From contig JALJEE010001448.1 of assembly GCA_023231475.1 (NCBI GenBank), positions 1 through 45,857 of the forward strand: DNA of 45,857 nucleotides, given 5' to 3'. The notes beneath the pieces are model-generated. The model saw nothing but the letters and a program-made list of their open reading frames with translations, ran no database searches and had not been told where the DNA came from. The position numbers and the translations under genes are program-made. Shown here piece after piece: positions 33,990 through 45,803 of the stretch; the stretch's first letter is position 1, and the number at the start of each line of letters is the position of its first letter. The DNA comes from Seison nebaliae. Lineage: Eukaryota.

Positions 33990-35285
33990 TTAACGTTTCA
34001 ACCAAGTATATTTTCTACGAGGACCTTCTTGTCCGAATTTCTTCCTTTCTCGATAACGATTATCTGGAGTCAACATTCCAGCTAATCGCAAATGTTCGAT
34101 CCGTTCATTTGATATGAAGGAGCAGAGACCGATAGAAATAGCATGTCGCATAGCAATAACTAAATCAGAAGTTGGTTGTTGAACTTTATCCACATCAATT
34201 TCATCATCAGTCATATCGATCGTATTTAATCGATTAGTTCGAATATCGATTCGTTGAACAATCACATCAAAACGATTCATTGTTCGAGTAATAATAAATG
34301 GGGCGAGTAATTGTTGTCGATGAACGAGTCGTTTGAACAACAAAATATCTTTCCCATTCAACATTCTCACTATTCCATCACCTTTCTCATATAATCGAAG
34401 TTTCACCATTGTATTCTGTTTTTTACCGTTAGCTTCCGAATATCGACATGATCCATCTAGAAGAATTTCTGGAATTATTAGTTCGTTTTTACCTTCTTCA
34501 TTCCTCACTCGATATTTCATTAAATTTAAAAAGAAATTCGTTTGTTGTGATGGATTGAGAGTAGACATCTCTAATTCTCTTAAGAAATTATCGAGAATAT
34601 TAAGAAATGTCAAATATTCTTTTTCACTTATTTTCTCTTCATTACAATAATCTTTTTTCAATTCTTCAAATGTTATCCATCGACTTCTTTTATCGATCAA
34701 TTCGATATCTTCATTCTTTGACATAGTCAAATATTTCAATTGTGAATTGGAATCGGATAATTTTTTCATTTGCTCCAATTCTCCACAAACTTCCCCCACA
34801 ATCGTATAGAAATGTTGACGACTTGTATAAAATTGAGAATTTAATGGACGTCCATCATCATCGAATTGTAATTCTTTCGTTTTCGAGAAAATTTCTTTCG
34901 GTTCTCTCATAAACGGACGAGCTTTCTTATCTTCGAGTGATGATGGAAATAAATAATTAATTGCTTCATCAATATCATCTTGTGTAAATGTATCAACATC
35001 TTTTCCCATAATTCGAGCGAGATTCATCCGACCAATCTCATACTCATCTTTTGCTTTCTCCAAAAACTTTTCATGTTCTTTTCTCGACTCCAAATAAGAT
35101 CTCATTGCCGAACCGACAATTTGACTTTTCGATTTCTCCTTCCGAATTAATTCATCCTCCACAGTCGGACAATGAACCAAAGTCAAACCCGATTTCTTAT
35201 GATGTTCATAAATAATCTGTTCATTCCTTTCAACCAGTCTGGGAAGTGTAGAAGAGATTCCTCTTCTTATGATTAAAAAGTTCAT
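33990..35285 (-). CDS. MRPS9: Mitochondrial small-subunit ribosomal protein uS9m (431 aa)
   Basis: Basic presequence-like N-terminus, LARIMG...AINYLFPSSL motif, and S9 C-terminus LRLAGMLTPDNRYRERKKFGQEGPRRKYTWLKR. Confidence 0.92.
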   Translation of the reverse strand: MNFLIIRRGISSTLPRLVERNEQIIYEHHKKSGLTLVHCPTVEDELIRKEKSKSQIVGSAMRSYLESRKEHEKFLEKAKDEYEIGRMNLARIMGKDVDTFTQDDIDEAINYLFPSSLEDKKARPFMREPKEIFSKTKELQFDDDGRPLNSQFYTSRQHFYTIVGEVCGELEQMKKLSDSNSQLKYLTMSKNEDIELIDKRSRWITFEELKKDYCNEEKISEKEYLTFLNILDNFLRELEMSTLNPSQQTNFFLNLMKYRVRNEEGKNELIIPEILLDGSCRYSEANGKKQNTMVKLRLYEKGDGIVRMLNGKDILLFKRLVHRQQLLAPFIITRTMNRFDVIVQRIDIRTNRLNTIDMTDDEIDVDKVQQPTSDLVIAMRHAISIGLCSFISNERIEHLRLAGMLTPDNRYRERKKFGQEGPRRKYTWLKR

Positions 35286-35716
35286 GATAAAAATTCCAAA
35301 CTAAAATTTTAAATTTTTTCCTCAAATTCAAAATCATTTCCGAATTTCTTTTTTTCAAAAAATTTCTGATTTTTTATTATAAAACAGAAATACGAAATTT
35401 TCTCTAATTTTCTAAAAAAAAATTAAAAATTTTTTATCACTTTAAAAAAGAAATTTAGTTAAAACATATTTGGTTTTTATAAAAAAATGAAAAATGAAGA
35501 TAATTTATTTTTCAACAAAATAAAAAGAAATTAATTGTCGAAGAAACGGAAAATTTAAAAATTAAATTAAAAGAATTCTATTTTTTTCTCATTCCATCTA
35601 TGTCTTCTGTGCACTTGGTTCGTATATGTGAAATTAAAAAGAATTCAATTATGATAAAGTAGAAATGATTCATGATTTTCGATCGAATCCAAAAAAGAAA
35701 AAGGAAAAAAGAAAAT

Positions 35717-36388
35717 TTACGAGATATTCGAATCTCTTAAATTGTCTTCATTATTATTTGATGATGTCTCTTCACTATTATTATTGTTCGATGTTGATGA
35801 TGATGTTGTTGTTGTTGTTGTGTTATTGTTGTTGTTGATGGGAATTTGTTCATTTTCATTAATCATTTCCAATTTCTCATCTTTCATTTTTGTTTCATTC
35901 ATTTCTTCTTCGTCACTTTCATCACTCTCATTATCAGCATCCATCCATGATTGTTCGACGATTTGTTGAACTCGAGTTTCATATTCTCGACGATTCTCTC
36001 GAAATAATTGAGCTGCTTCAGCATTGGCTGGTGACTGTGGATTGGGATCATGAAGTAAACTCTGAATACTTTTCAAAATTGCACTCACATCATAAATTGG
36101 ACTCCAATGTGTTTGAAGAATGTCAAGACAAAGACGTCCATCCGCATAGACGTTCGGATGAAACATACGTGTCAAAAATTGTACCATTGGCGGTTTGTTC
36201 GGATATTCTTCATTAAAATCGAGTCGAAGACGAAATGTACCATCTTCAAATGGAGTATCTGACGGGCCGAAAATGACGGCGTTCCATTGAAGAATATTAT
36301 TGTTCTTGGGAGAGGCGTTATAGGCAGTTGGAGAATCGTCTTGTAATCGTTGAAAATCTCGAAGCAATCTTTTCCGTGCCATAGACAT
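35717..36388 (-). CDS. UBE2A: Ubiquitin-conjugating enzyme E2, Rad6/UBE2A-B orthologue with extended acidic/Asn-Thr tail (223 aa)
   Basis: [43 protein letters not shown] (catalytic Cys), WSP.YDVSAIL, PNP.SPAN. Confidence 0.93.
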   Translation of the reverse strand: MSMARKRLLRDFQRLQDDSPTAYNASPKNNNILQWNAVIFGPSDTPFEDGTFRLRLDFNEEYPNKPPMVQFLTRMFHPNVYADGRLCLDILQTHWSPIYDVSAILKSIQSLLHDPNPQSPANAEAAQLFRENRREYETRVQQIVEQSWMDADNESDESDEEEMNETKMKDEKLEMINENEQIPINNNNNTTTTTTSSSTSNNNNSEETSSNNNEDNLRDSNIS

Positions 36389-37063
36389 GATCCCTTCTAA
36401 TTGTATTTAATGAATTGAAAGAGAAGAGAAATAAAATTAGTGAAAAATAAAATATTGTCAATAAGTTGGAGTGTCTTCCATATGCAGGAAATATTTTAAC
36501 AGAAAAAGAAAAGTCGAACAAAAAATTTCTAGAACATTTTAGTTCCTTTTCAATTTTCATTTAAATTAACTTCTCATTCAGAATCCCTTCTACAAACAAT
36601 CTTCCATCCCAATTTCCTCATCCGTTTTATTCTATAAACTCAATCATTCCAGTATATTTTACTTTATCTGCACACGGATAAACATCCTGTCATATTAATT
36701 TGTGTAAAAAACACAATTAATGAAATAATTTATTTATCATCTAATAGATTTTTGTATGTCTCATATACGTTGATTGGAAGAACAATAAATTTTAATCAAG
36801 GATCAATTTTCAAAATAATAAAAAATTCATATGTTAAGCTCAATCAAAAATAGCAAGCTAAAAAAATTTAAAATTGAGCTTCCTATTTAACTATCTATCT
36901 AAATGCTAGAAGGATTTATTATACACTTTTTTTGCTAGTACTAAAAAAAATTTTTGTATATTGCGAAGAATTAAAATAAACAGTAAATTATCGAACTTAA
37001 TGATAACAAATATATAGCAATAATAAATACATTATAAGTATAATAAATGGTAATAACAATAAT

Positions 37064-37476
37064 CCGATTGGTGGAGATGGGATGACGGTTGAGACCGACG
37101 AATCAATGGTGATGAGAAGGAAATACAATCGGGGACAGTTAAGGAAAACTCACCGTATTTGTCGGGAGGATAAAGATGTATTCTTTGAATATGTGGAAAA
37201 AAGGAACTGGACCAAACGTTGGAAGAGATTATAAGACGGCGAATAAAATCAGGAACCATCGTATATAAGTTAGTTCTAAAGTTTGACATTTTTCTTAATT
37301 TTATGTTCAATTCCCAGTGACATGCGGTGTCCTGTTCTTCTAATTGGATGGATGAAACAATTTCATATAAACATAGGATTGTAAAACGTTCAAAAAATTT
37401 CGTAAATCCGAACAATTACGATATTCATACGAACACTATAGAATCTACTTGGAGAGTATTGAAGAAAGACATGAAG
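37064..37476 (+). mobile_element. Decayed Merlin/ISXO2 (IS1016-like) DDE transposase fragment
   Basis: Across two frameshifts it reads IGGDGMTVETDESMVMRRKYNRG...TLEEIIRRRIKSGTIVY(N)D...YKHRIVKRSKNFVNP...HTNTIESTW, the characteristic Merlin D-D-E motifs. The WVFGG motif is missing and no TIRs were found. Confidence 0.85.
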
Positions 37477-38259
37477 GTTAATTGTTATAAATATTTCACA
37501 ACTATACTACAACCACAGAAAATTTAGATTTTTTAAATTTCCTTTTTAGATTTGATTTCTGATTTTCAAGGAAATTTGGAAAATCTTCAATAAATAAAAT
37601 ATAAATCGCTTATAATTTAAAATATTCAACCCTTCCCTAATTTCTTTAAGTTATTATGGTTTTGTTGTTAAATGCTTATGGTTAAAATGTATGCCTAAGA
37701 TCTTAATTTTGTGTGAAATATTAATTGTATGATGTTCTCATTCTAAAATATACGAATCAAAATTTTAGCTTTTTGATTCAAATTTTTAAAAACACCCTTA
37801 TTTTTAAACTCGGCCAAATGTTTAATCTTCATAGCCTATCTTGTTCAGCTCCTTTCACTGATTCTAAAAATATATTTTATTTTATAAAAATTTTAATCTT
37901 AACGATGTAACACATGTCGAAAGACAGCCATAGGTAATTTTAGAAATAATCAGATATTTGAATATTTAAAGAACATCAGTAAAATAAAAATAAAATGTTG
38001 AAACAATATGAGAAGACATGAATTATTAATTAGCAGTAATTTAAATATATGTTCATTGTTATGAAGTAAAAGATGCCAAATCATTAGAAATAGCTCATAC
38101 AACTGAGTAATATATTAGACTTAAAATTTAAAAAAGAAAATAGTCACATAATCTCCAAGAATGACATTTGGAGTATTCAAACAAGTTTATAACGTTTCAT
38201 TTATTTAACGATCATTCTCTCGACATAAAAGAAAATTTTAATGCGCCAAATCCAAGTAT

Positions 38260-38865
38260 ATGAATATGACTGATTTTCCTGATGGAGCTAACGACAATAT
38301 CAAATTAAAGGAAACATTTTACTCTAAAATTGATCGGAGAATTCAACATTATCTCGATTTACTCACACCATTTACCAGAAGACGATGGTTTTGTGCAACA
38401 TTTTACCTCCTCGTATTCTTCAGCCGAGTAGTATATTGTAACGGATTTTTTGTGGTTGCATATGCTCTCTCAATATTTTTGTTGAATCAATTCATACTCT
38501 TTCTAACGCCACGTTCTTATCCTGGAATGGCAAACATCACTGGAACGAACGATGATAAAGATTTCTCTCTTTCATTACCGCAACATAATGATGATGAATT
38601 TCGTCCATTTATTCGACGTTTACCCGAATTTAAATTCTGGTGGATTTGGATGAAAGCCATTTCCGTCTGTCTTGTATTGACATTATTCAATATTTTCGAC
38701 GTACCCGTATTCTGGCCTATATTAGTCATTTACTTCTTTGCTCTATTTATTGCGACGATGAGACGGCAAATTGAACATATGATCCAGTATAAATATCTTC
38801 CATTCTCTTGGAACAAGAAAGTCTTTCATGGAAAAGAGAATTCGGGAAAAACTTATCAGTCTTAA
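38260..38865 (+). CDS. RER1: ER retrieval protein RER1 (201 aa)
   Basis: QHYLD...RW, YALSIFLLNQFILFLTP, DEFRPFIRRLPEFKFW, FDVPVFWPIL, TMRRQIEHMIQYKYLPF. Confidence 0.95.
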   Translation: MNMTDFPDGANDNIKLKETFYSKIDRRIQHYLDLLTPFTRRRWFCATFYLLVFFSRVVYCNGFFVVAYALSIFLLNQFILFLTPRSYPGMANITGTNDDKDFSLSLPQHNDDEFRPFIRRLPEFKFWWIWMKAISVCLVLTLFNIFDVPVFWPILVIYFFALFIATMRRQIEHMIQYKYLPFSWNKKVFHGKENSGKTYQS

Positions 38866-39564
38866 TTGTTTTAACATTTACTTTTCTATAATTTATTTGT
38901 TTCAATGAATCATGCTCGACATAAATTCACTTTTGTTATATTCTCTCAATATTCTATTCCAATTGATGAACAATATTAATTAAATCTAACTTAATAAATA
39001 TCATTTATTTCTCATTTGTTAATTAAAGTCCCATCAATTTTAATTTCTCCAAATTTTTAATTGATCGATGAAATAAATGTTAATTACCTCCCAATATGAT
39101 AAGAATAATCCTCCCTTCTTTTCCACTGGACAGAACAAGCCGCTTATTGAAAAAAGAAAAAGGATTGTTAGATAATTCTCATCCGTTAACATTCATTAAT
39201 AATGAAATTAAAGTGGAAAAGAAAAACAGTTTCCTCCAATTTATATTAAACAAATTCCAATTTTTATGGGCTTTATAGATTACAATTGCGAGATCTATCC
39301 CATATGCTGTAGGACCTACAGCGTAGGTCGTAGAAGATAAAGACAAAAAATATATACTATATATTTTGAAGCGAGGTTTGTAGAAGATTTTGTCTTGTAG
39401 AAGATATATTATATAGAATCTTTTTTTTCAAACTTTTGTTTATTTTGCAATTTAATTTCAAATATCTCTCAAATATCTTATTTGTTTATTCATTATAATT
39501 CATTTTTATTGTTCAATAATTCATTTCGTTTAAATAGAATATAATTTGAACAATTTCAAGAGAA

Positions 39565-41487
39565 ATGGGTGTAAAGTCTTTAATGCATTATGCTTGCAAT
39601 AGTAGATTGGAAGATTTGCGATTAAAAGATACAACAGTCGTAGTGGATCTATTGAACTTCCTTTACGGGACTTTGGACAACAAAATAACATTAACTAACA
39701 GTCCATCGGTTTCTCTGTCCCATGGAGGTTGTTATCGAGTATATAGATATTATTTGAATGAATTATTCGGAATATTTCAGTCTTGTAATGTCCACTGCAT
39801 TTTCGTACTGGATGGTTCATCGAATTCAGATAAGAAAAATGAAAATTTTTCAAGATATTTACGAAGAATAAAAGATTTGAAAAGAATTTCGCATAATCAA
39901 TTGAAACCAATCTTAATCACGAACACGTTCATCGAAGCAGCTTTACACTTCAAACATCAGATCTATTGTCATAACGATGAAGGTGATTTTATTACTGGTC
40001 GATTAGCCTTACACTTCAACATTCCAGCAATTGCAAACGATTCGGATTATTATTGTTTTTATTATGAGAAGAATTGTGGTTATATTCCATTTTCAACTAT
40101 GAGATATCAAAGAAATGAAAGGGAAATGAAAGAAAATTTCATAACATGTAAAATATTCAAGAGTGATAAATCGGGAAATAGTCCATTTGGATTCTCGATG
40201 AAATTACATTGGGCAATTCCAATCTTGTGCAAAAATGATTATGAATCAACAAAGAAATGTTTGTTAACATTTGATTCTAAACGTTTTTGTAAAACGATGA
40301 ATGTCAAAGATGGTCCATCCACCATCGGAATGATAAAAGCAGTGCATAGATGGTTGACGAATGTTCAACGGTCAAATGAGACAATTCTTTATGACTTGAA
40401 TTCATCAAAAGAAATAATCAAACGAGAAATGCGAAAAGTTCTCGCTAATTCTATTCACAAATATATCGAGGAATTTGTGGACGAAGTATTCAATCGATAC
40501 ACTTGTCAAGATGTGGAAAATTGGGAGAAATTAATTAGATTAATATCTGACAAGAATAACTTGATTATTGATCCGGAGGCTCATAACACTTCGATGGTGA
40601 GATCTCCTTATTTTCATCTCGACAAATTAATTCGACAAATTGATGAACAGACGACTCAATTCGTTTCATTCGAATCGATCGATTTACCTGATGCAAGTAT
40701 TTTATCGAAATCTTTAAGATTAACTCTATTTCAATTGACTGCCATCGAATTACGTTTAAAAGAAAAAGTATCAATGAATAATGAAAGTTGTGAACTAAAA
40801 TTTAATTGGCTTCAACGTATTCGAAAACAAGAAACAGAGATCGTCGAATATAAAATCAATATTACCCAAGAGGATATATCGAGAGTGAATAATTTATTAT
40901 CAAGTTCTCGAGATAGTAGAAAAGAAAAATTCCTCTATTATTTACTACGGCGAAATGAAGAAATTGATTTGAATCATCAGAAAATTAATGAGATTTCCAA
41001 AAAATATTCCTGTTGGTTCCTAATGTTCCTGATCTCATTAGGAATCTGGAGGAGACTAACATCGTCACCTTCCAAAGACAAATTAACAAGAACTCTACTT
41101 ATCAGTGTCATTTACTTTCAAATATCCGATAGAAGAATAAAATCCATTTATCGAAATAGAAAAATGGAGAAACTACCTAAGCTGTTGTGGAAACAGGTAA
41201 TGGACTTTATAGGAGAATATTCTCGCTATAATTTCAAATTAACAAATGTTTTTATGTCAACAATTATCCATCCGATTCGAGAATGGGAATATATTTTCGG
41301 TGTAGTGGGATCGATTCATAATTTCTTTTATAATCCATTCGCTAATGCTCAAGATGGTATTGTTCTTTCGTCACCTTTTCAAATTTTCAACTCACGACAA
41401 ATCTTTAATATTATGTCAAATACAACGGTTGATCATATTAAAGAAATGTCCAATATAATAAATGAAATTTATGATGATTTACCATGA
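39565..41487 (+). CDS. ASTE1: Asteroid-like XPG/PIN-family nuclease-domain protein (640 aa)
   Basis: MGV start, VVVD..N, HGG.Y, FVLDGS..DK, EGD, NDSDY and NDY motifs of the Asteroid PIN domain. The C-terminal half is divergent. Confidence 0.72.
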   Translation: MGVKSLMHYACNSRLEDLRLKDTTVVVDLLNFLYGTLDNKITLTNSPSVSLSHGGCYRVYRYYLNELFGIFQSCNVHCIFVLDGSSNSDKKNENFSRYLRRIKDLKRISHNQLKPILITNTFIEAALHFKHQIYCHNDEGDFITGRLALHFNIPAIANDSDYYCFYYEKNCGYIPFSTMRYQRNEREMKENFITCKIFKSDKSGNSPFGFSMKLHWAIPILCKNDYESTKKCLLTFDSKRFCKTMNVKDGPSTIGMIKAVHRWLTNVQRSNETILYDLNSSKEIIKREMRKVLANSIHKYIEEFVDEVFNRYTCQDVENWEKLIRLISDKNNLIIDPEAHNTSMVRSPYFHLDKLIRQIDEQTTQFVSFESIDLPDASILSKSLRLTLFQLTAIELRLKEKVSMNNESCELKFNWLQRIRKQETEIVEYKINITQEDISRVNNLLSSSRDSRKEKFLYYLLRRNEEIDLNHQKINEISKKYSCWFLMFLISLGIWRRLTSSPSKDKLTRTLLISVIYFQISDRRIKSIYRNRKMEKLPKLLWKQVMDFIGEYSRYNFKLTNVFMSTIIHPIREWEYIFGVVGSIHNFFYNPFANAQDGIVLSSPFQIFNSRQIFNIMSNTTVDHIKEMSNIINEIYDDLP

Positions 41488-42386
41488 ACTTTTCGCAATC
41501 TAATTACCCGTCCAATTAATTATACAAACATGTATTTCAACGACATTTGAAAAACCGACGTCAGAAAAACTTGTATAAAAGATATATTAATTAAAATTAA
41601 ATAATAATAATTAAACAAATCAATTAAAAGATTATTGACGTTCAGATTGGAAGTAAATACAACATCGGAAGCGCAGCAAATAGTTTCGTTGGTTAATTGT
41701 GATGAATTTTTGATCCACTTAACATGTCATAGGAGACAAGAACTGATCTTACAAATTATTTTATTATTTTTTTTTATTATTACAACAAATCTCCGCGTGG
41801 TAAACTGAAAAGAAAACGAGATAACTCAGCTGATGAATTATTGGAAATGAGTGATTTGCTTTGAACCACGTGAGTACGAAGAGAGTCAGGAATGAAGGAG
41901 TTGACATTAAAATTGTTGATCATAGAGCGGGCGGCTTCCTGAGAAGTAGGTGCCGTTAATGAATAATAATTAGAAAAGAAGTTGATAGGAGAAGAGAATA
42001 ATTAGCATTGATTAAATGACGGAACCGAAAAATCGGATTAATTATAGATTATAGATTATATAGAAGTAATAGATTCTAGTAAGGTCTTTAATTCCGAGAT
42101 AGAGAACATGAATGCTCCGTATCCGTATTGTTCCATTATATGTTCGATCTAGACATCTTAATGACTGAACAATAATCATAACAATAAGTTACGAACAGTA
42201 GAAGTTTCAGCGAAATCGGAAAAAATTTGCAACGATGAAAGAAGGAATAGAACATCCGCAAAAATTTGCATCTAATGTAATCAGTCAATTTCGAAGATTT
42301 TTTTCAAAATTTCAATTTATGGAAAGAGGACAGTGGAATTGAATCTCAATGACGATAATATTTTCAAATCATCTCAAAATATAAAA

Positions 42387-43068
42387 GTTCGAATCAAGCT
42401 GGTACACGTACTTTAGATCCCAAGGTTTCTCCGACAAATCATCCTGATGTTCCAAATAGCATCAATGGGACAGTTGTCGTAAACAAAAAAAGAGTAGGAC
42501 GACCGAAAATCTCAAAGGAAACTGGTACACCTTCTTCTTTGAAAATATCCCGTGCTGATCCGGGCCCTGATGATAGCTGTTCGATTATTAAAACTGAATT
42601 GGTAACGATCAAATTAAAGTTGAATCGTCTAATCTCTGAAAATTTAGAATATAAAAGAGATATGGTAGCTCTGTCGGCTAGGTTATTGGAAATATCAACG
42701 CTTGTGGAAAGAATCCAAGGGAGAAAGTATCATGCAACATTGTCGAACAGGAATGCCTTATTTCTAGAAAATCTGCTGATGGTATCAGAATTAACAAATC
42801 TATTATTCCATTGGATATTGACAACGGTCATGAAAGTTTCTCTTCCAGCAGAAATATACCTGATGTGAAGAGTAAACAAATGAAGAAAACTAATCTGTCG
42901 AGGAATGTCAAACGTTATCTCGATGACGACATGAATGTTACGAAGATTGCTGAAGAGATAATCTCTATCAAACAAAATAAAAAAAAAATAAACGTCCTCT
43001 CTTACAATGTAAAGACGAGAGTGATAATAAATTTCAACCTATTCTTAGAGATGATAAAAAGAAAGTGA
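42387..43068 (+). pseudogene. Degenerate ORF with AT-hook-like motif and coiled coil (possible retroelement ORF1 remnant)
   Basis: An open frame lacking an ATG reads ...KKRVGRPKISK...ELVTIKLKLNRLISENLEYKRDMVALSARLLEI, then shifts frame. It lies just upstream of an RT remnant. Confidence 0.35.
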
Positions 43069-43199
43069 GAAGAATGCTTTTGCGAGGCATGTCTAAGTTA
43101 CTAGTTACAAGGTTTTGTAAACTTAAGAGGTTTGCATCTAAAAATTTAAACAACTTTACTATTTAAAGAAAAAAAAATCCTAAACAAAACTGCAATCTA

Positions 43200-44030
43200 A
43201 TGGATAACACAACACTTCTTCAAGGTATCATCAACAGTAGATAGAAGTGAAGAAATAACGACCTTCCTTTGCAGCCTCTCGATCGAATAACAGATATTCT
43301 AGGGAAAATAGAATGTCTATCTCTCGACCATTCTCTTCTCAATAAACAACAAGCAGCCATTCAAGAAACTGTTAGTCGTAATCTAGTACAACTGAATGAA
43401 CTTAACAAAAGATCAACGATGACGCTCAACATTCTCCATGAACTCAAATCCGGATTAATTAACCTGAGAAAAGAACAACAGCAAGAACAGGAATTTAGAA
43501 AAAACGGATTACACGAATCTAAATACGTACTAATCTAATACAGAAACACCTAAAAACTTTGTGACGCAGATAACGTAATTATTCTTTCATCTTCAATCAC
43601 ATTCCTTCACAGATGGATAGATTTCGCCCATGAACACTTCAGTCGAATTGGGATAACCGTTAACAAGGAAAAAACTTAAATCATGATTGTTAATGCACCA
43701 CAAGAACGAATTATATTAGATAATTCTCTCATCATACCTAAGAATGATATAAACATTCTTGGGATCACAATTGCTAACAATGTGAAAGATGACATCATGA
43801 TTGAGAAACTGAACCTAAATATAATTCGTAAAGGAAACAACCTACTAACTATTCTTGCAAAACTTCCGAATAAGCTAAAATTGATGATATGGAAATCTTA
43901 TATTTTAGACCTCTTCGGATCTAATCAAATAATTGACGGATCAATAACGTCTTTTCGTAAATTAGATGTATCGTACAACAGAATGGTTAGAAGCCTCGCA
44001 AATCTTCCTCATCAAGCATCAAGCTTTTGA
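43200..44030 (+). mobile_element. Decayed non-LTR (LINE) retrotransposon: coiled-coil fragment plus C-terminal reverse-transcriptase remnant
   Basis: From ~43555: KLCDADNVIILS (degenerate YADD)...GITVNKEKT*IM...INILGITI...KLKLMIWKSY...LDVSYNRMVRSL, with an in-frame stop. Coiled-coil ORF 43269-43538 lies upstream. Confidence 0.7.
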
Positions 44031-45703
44031 GATTCTGTTATTTTCTTACAATTGTTAGTATAATAATAAAATGTGAATTGAGCATTTCCTACAATCAATC
44101 ATTTTTTTCATTCTTTAATTCCGCAATCTTTAATAATGGAAAATTTACACAATAAATTTAATTTAATAAATAAGAAAAAGAAATAAAGTGGAAATTACAT
44201 TAAAATTATTCTTATATTATAAAAGAATTTAATCTAAAATAAAAAATTAACCCAAATTATACTTCATTCTTAGGATGAAAATCAAAAAAATTACAGTTGT
44301 TGGGTTCTGAATGCATTTCGAAACTCCTAAAAAATGACGACTCGGTGCTGCTTGAAAAATGAGTACTATATCCTTTGTCGGATTTGGTCCCGCAGATATA
44401 CCCCAAAAGGGGTGAGAAAACCCCGTTGACTAAAAGACCACCAGCTGAACACCAAATGTTTATCGAGGTAGAATCTTGGAATCCGACCGGATATTTCGTC
44501 CTTAATCAAGCAGCAACCAGTACATGCAGACAAATGATCATCCTCTATCCCTTCAAAACTGTGTGTACAGTTTTGCGATCCATCTAAGAATTTACTGATC
44601 AATCTATTGTTCTTTTTACCCATAGCAATGACCTTATTCAATTGATCATTTACACTTGGAGAAGATTCAAAAGAAAGCGGAGTCTCCTCCTTCTCAGGCA
44701 TATCCGCTTCTATCTGAGGTATTTCTTTGTGTAATTCACTAGAGAACGTTCTTCGAGGACTTATACCTACGTCGTATGTTGTGACTACTCGGTTTACAAT
44801 AGGTTCATGGTTGAATTCTTTTAGAGTCGGGCATCATTGTCGACATTCCTTCTCCATCCAGTGGTTATTTTTTATTTTTTTAATCGGGAGATTTACTCAA
44901 TTCTGATATTCAACTTGCCAAATGAGATATTGGATTATCCTTCTCTACTGAACTAACGAATCTTCCATAGTCCATAGAGCGTCTTCAGCGTGTGCATAGA
45001 ATCAAGTCATAAAGAACGATGTATTACTATTACCTATAGACACTTTATCGAGAGAGTGTTTCGATGATTTTCGAGATTCTGAGGATGTTCCATGTCCTAT
45101 TTAATCTTTCCAATCCAAATCTTCGAAATATGATGATGGTGTAAGATACCAATCGTCTCCTGACATTGACGAACTAATATCAAACTCTTGACCAACTTTT
45201 TCCAATTTGGTGGTCATATTTTGGAATGAGAAAAATGAAGTAAAATTTTACAATAAAACAATTATGAAGGTTGAATGAATTGAAAATGAATCAAGACATA
45301 CGAATTTATACTCGATCGTTTTAAACGGACAAATTGAAATAGAAAATTAATAAACTGGTTCGATTTTACCTCCATAATTGTTTGGAATGATATTTGTGAC
45401 TGTAGAGCATGTGGCAGTTGAATTTTTTCAACTTTTTTTTTAAACTCATTTTCTATCAGAAATATTTAACTTACCATTTTAAGTTTAATATATTTAGAAA
45501 GAGCTCGAAATCTAATTTTATTCTAAAAATCTAATCATAATTAAATAAAAAAATTGAAAAAAAATTGAAAAAATTATCCAATCAAAATTGAGATAGGAAT
45601 CATACAGAACGAATTACAATATATTGCAATGGACAAGAAAGAAGAAGCGTTGTCCGAAGTTGACAATGATGTTGATTGCGTGATGAATAATAGTTCGGTG
45701 ACC

Positions 45704-45803
45704 AGACACTTTTCACACAAGTCACTTCTCACGCGTTACATTTCTCACGAAGACATTTCTCACGTCATTTTTTCTCACAAAGACATTTCTCACGTCATTT
45801 TTT
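45704..45803. repeat. 15-bp-period minisatellite array (AAGACATTTCTCACG-like, ~6-7 units)
   Basis: Repeated ..TTTCTCAC.. units. AAGACATTTCTCACGTCATTTTTT occurs at both 45750 and 45780. Confidence 0.85.

Noticed and set aside
44366..44701. 111-aa minus-strand ORF with C/H residues as a possible zinc-binding protein
   Set aside because: No recognisable spacing pattern and the upstream frame has several stops; kept only as part of the decayed cluster.
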